Below are positions 23,761 through 26,009 of a stretch of 26,009 nt of DNA, one piece after another (position 1 is the stretch's first letter; each line of letters starts with the position of its first letter). The notes below the pieces were generated by a model. It did not search any database. It saw only the letters and a program-made list of their open reading frames with translations, and was not told the DNA's origin. Both the position numbers and the translations under genes were made by a program. Origin of the DNA: a virus. Its lineage: Duplodnaviria > Caudoviricetes. The stretch covers positions 1 through 26,009 of the IMG/VR virus record IMGVR_UViG_3300032247_001974; one strand, written 5' to 3'.

Positions 23761-25134
23761 TTAGCTAGACTTCTGGAAAGGTTGTGTAGGCGGATATGGA
23801 TTAGGAGGCAGATTGCCGCCTTGATCACCATTGGCATCATTTGGTATCAGTGCTTGACTCAAACTCTGACGACTAGGTATGTTGCCGAGATCCTTGGTAT
23901 TCACTGTGTATGTATTGTTTACAAAGCCGCTGCGTAAAGTATCATTGGTGGAACCAGGAGTGAGATTGGTACGTACTTTGCTCTCGATCTTGACCCAAAC
24001 TGTGCCATTGAAACGGAACAAGCGATTGGGGAAGTAATCCAGTCGCAATGCAAACTGCCCGGCGATGGGATTGACTGGAAAATTTATGCCAGCTGTGACA
24101 GGCAAGCCATTGGGCGGAACTCCATCACCAGTCAAGTAACCTGCGGTGTATCCATCACCTCTTGGTGTGTTGCCATCATTGGCCACCGTGCGGCTGGCAT
24201 CAGTTATGGTGTAGTCTGCGGTGTATGTGGCAGATGCAGGGTTGGCGGGTGTGCCATCCGGATTGGTAGCAACGATATAGAACTTCACAACATCAAATCC
24301 TGATGTGGGTACTTCGGCTTCGGCCTGAGCAAGGATGGCATCGTTGATCTCCAGGTTTCTTGGTCGTGTGCTTTGTTGATTTTCTATGGTGGTAGGATCG
24401 GTGATCAATTCCCAATACTGAGTGTTGTTGATATCTGTTCCTGGAGGCACAGGGCCTTTTGATTTGTAATAAGTATCGCCGTAGAGCACTGTGACACCGC
24501 CTGGATAGAAGTTGCCCGGATCCCAGATGTTGAGAGGTTCAAAGGGCTGTTTGGTAATCTGATTGAATTCTTGGCTGTTGACCATGGGTGTGGCTTTCAC
24601 ACGCCACAAGTGAGGCAACCATGTTTGGCTGAAACCTTCGCTGGCAAAAGCAGCATCCTGTATCACATACCATTTTGGCAATGCTCTGGGTATGGCACTG
24701 TCTAAAGGATTGTAGTCTCGGAGATTGGGCAGTTCTAACACATCGCCGCTCATGAGTTTGCGACCCATGGTATCGATCATGTCATTGTAGTGGAATGTGA
24801 TGAACAAGGTATCGTTGTTCAGGAACAGGCCAAATTGGGTAAGATCAAAGTCAATATCCTGTTGGCGATACACACCACGCATCACATACACATCGTTGTC
24901 GTAGGCTCGATCACGGTTTTCCAACAGCAGCAGATCTTCGATAAACAGCGGATTGGTTGAGTCATATTTGGGCAGCGTGGCATCATTGTTACCAGTGTTG
25001 TCGTTTGTGAGCGGTCCCAGGTATTTGTGCAAATACATGTCCACCCCGCCAACCTGATACATTTCGGATATTGTGCGGTCAAAAAAACGGTAATCTGCGG
25101 TGCGATTGGGACGGTATAGACTGAGTCTTGGCAT
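23761..25134 (-). CDS. gp14: T4 gp14-like neck (head completion) protein with insertions
   Basis: ISEM...GGVDMYLHKY...EDLLLLENRDRAY...LTQFGLFL.ND.LFITF...GDVLELP is consistent with the gp14 family. Synteny with the gp15-like gene and a late promoter upstream support the call. Confidence 0.65.
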   Translation of the reverse strand: MPRLSLYRPNRTADYRFFDRTISEMYQVGGVDMYLHKYLGPLTNDNTGNNDATLPKYDSTNPLFIEDLLLLENRDRAYDNDVYVMRGVYRQQDIDFDLTQFGLFLNNDTLFITFHYNDMIDTMGRKLMSGDVLELPNLRDYNPLDSAIPRALPKWYVIQDAAFASEGFSQTWLPHLWRVKATPMVNSQEFNQITKQPFEPLNIWDPGNFYPGGVTVLYGDTYYKSKGPVPPGTDINNTQYWELITDPTTIENQQSTRPRNLEINDAILAQAEAEVPTSGFDVVKFYIVATNPDGTPANPASATYTADYTITDASRTVANDGNTPRGDGYTAGYLTGDGVPPNGLPVTAGINFPVNPIAGQFALRLDYFPNRLFRFNGTVWVKIESKVRTNLTPGSTNDTLRSGFVNNTYTVNTKDLGNIPSRQSLSQALIPNDANGDQGGNLPPNPYPPTQPFQKSS

Positions 25135-25141
25135 GGTGTTG

Positions 25142-25149
25142 TATTTATG
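25142..25149 (-). promoter_or_regulatory. T4-type late promoter CATAAATA for the gp14-gp15-Nudix unit
   Basis: TATTTATG on + (CATAAATA on -), with the core ending 7 nt before the ATG at 25134. Confidence 0.6.
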
Positions 25150-25155
25150 GGCAGG

Positions 25156-25184
25156 TTGACCAGAAAGTCTGCTTCAGTTATAAT
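25156..25184 (+). promoter_or_regulatory. Sigma70-type (early) promoter
   Basis: TTGACC (25156-25161), 17-nt spacer, TATAAT (25179-25184). The ATG follows 6 nt later. Confidence 0.75.
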
Positions 25185-25190
25185 ACCCGC

Positions 25191-25478
25191 ATGAAAGTCA
25201 TCAAGTTAGACCGCAGATACAAACCGCATAAAGAGCATGGATATCAAGCCGGCCTACGGTTTGCGGGCTATTGGGATGAAAAAGAAAAAATTGCCCAGAT
25301 TGAACGGATCTGTCAGGCCCGCTTGCAAGGCGCCGGATATTGGGCCTCAGACTCTGACTGGATTGGATATTTTGGAAAACGGAGATTAGGCGAATCCACT
25401 CCCTACTACATTATGTTCCGTAGAACATCGGACATGACTTTTGTGCTGCTCAGCGCGGACTTGACCAAAAAAGCCTGA
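25191..25478 (+). CDS. Hypothetical early protein (95 aa)
   Basis: MKVIKLDRRYK... The track's start at 25128 overlaps the gp14-like start and both promoters, so the ATG at 25191, just after the -10 box, is more plausible. Confidence 0.65.
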   Translation: MKVIKLDRRYKPHKEHGYQAGLRFAGYWDEKEKIAQIERICQARLQGAGYWASDSDWIGYFGKRRLGESTPYYIMFRRTSDMTFVLLSADLTKKA

Positions 25479-25489
25479 TGTGCTATAAT
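25461..25489 (+). promoter_or_regulatory. Sigma70-type (early) promoter with extended -10
   Basis: TTGACC (25461-25466), 17-nt spacer, TGcTATAAT (-10 at 25484-25489). Confidence 0.8.
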
Positions 25490-25518
25490 TACATCATAAA
25501 CACTAGCAAAGGAATCCT

Positions 25519-26009
25519 ATGGCAACCCTAGCAGCAAAAGCCAACGTCAAAGCGCTGAACCCTCGCAGCCCTGATACAAAGTATGTTGGGCACGAACCTG
25601 AGTGGCGTGTGCAACCCACGGAAAACCGTTCCAGCAAATTCAGCAATGCGTTTGGCTGGTATAACTATTTCTACGGCAAGAAAGATGCCAAAGACTTTAT
25701 TGCAAGTTATCTTGATGCACACAACCGCACCAAGGACGCTCGCCGTATCCGCACCCTGCCTGACAGCCAAGTGCGACTCACAACAGGCTGGCTATGCCGC
25801 ATGAGCACAATGGGCCTAGAACTGTCAGATCAAGAACAGATCAAATTAGACAACTTGATTCTGGAACTGTTGGCAGAAAAACAAGCAGAACCTGTGGAAG
25901 CAGTGGAAGCAAAGCCCGCTGGCCCTACAATCCAAGATCGACTCAAAGAAAAAGCATCGGAATGTGCCGGTGAGATTGAAGGCCTGTTTGACGACTTCAT
26001 CGCCGCAGG
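25519..26009 (+). CDS. 3'-truncated hypothetical phage protein (absent from the ORF track)
   Basis: ATG at 25519 after an AAGGA RBS. The frame is open to the window end: MATLAAKANVKALNPRSPDTKYVGHEPEW...AFGWYNYFYGKKDAK...GWLCRM...PTIQDRLKEKASECAGEIEGLFDDFI. Confidence 0.8.
   Translation, partial: MATLAAKANVKALNPRSPDTKYVGHEPEWRVQPTENRSSKFSNAFGWYNYFYGKKDAKDFIASYLDAHNRTKDARRIRTLPDSQVRLTTGWLCRMSTMGLELSDQEQIKLDNLILELLAEKQAEPVEAVEAKPAGPTIQDRLKEKASECAGEIEGLFDDFIAA

Noticed and set aside
25128-25190. ORF-track start at 25128 for the 116-aa ORF
   Set aside because: This extension overlaps the gp14-like start codon and both promoters. The ATG at 25191 fits the promoter.
25528-25804. Track ORFs 25528-25770 (-) and 25583-25804 (+)
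   Set aside because: Both overlap the longer RBS- and promoter-supported frame starting at 25519.

Overview
A 26-kb piece of a large T4-like (myovirus-type) dsDNA phage genome, mostly a late structural region. The + strand carries a 5'-truncated fibre-like protein ending in a Hint domain, a HAD-fold protein, a LamG/ConA lectin-like protein and a glycosyltransferase-like gene. A TPR-glycosyltransferase follows on the - strand. The + strand then has a probable structural protein behind a structured leader, a Maf/DUF115-like gene, and a ~15.7-kb cluster of seven fibre/adhesin genes with four small chaperone-like genes. The - strand carries T4 gp14-like and gp15-like neck/tail-completion genes and a Nudix hydrolase. 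The window ends with two genes behind consensus sigma70 (early-type) promoters. Most notable are: (1) a repeated C-terminal 'GGxF/Y' to N-terminal 'IKRS...GELAxN' junction pattern suggesting daisy-chained, branched fibres with several tips; (2) fibre shafts with 350-365 consecutive uncharged residues encoded next to three glycosyltransferase-like genes, a candidate virion glycosylation system; (3) a Hint domain with a Hedgehog-like end instead of an intein end; (4) TAAATA/TAAGTA late-promoter motifs placed for leaderless translation or inside hairpin loops. All family assignments come from motifs recognised by eye, and no database search was run. I saw no tRNA, rRNA, CRISPR array or transposase.
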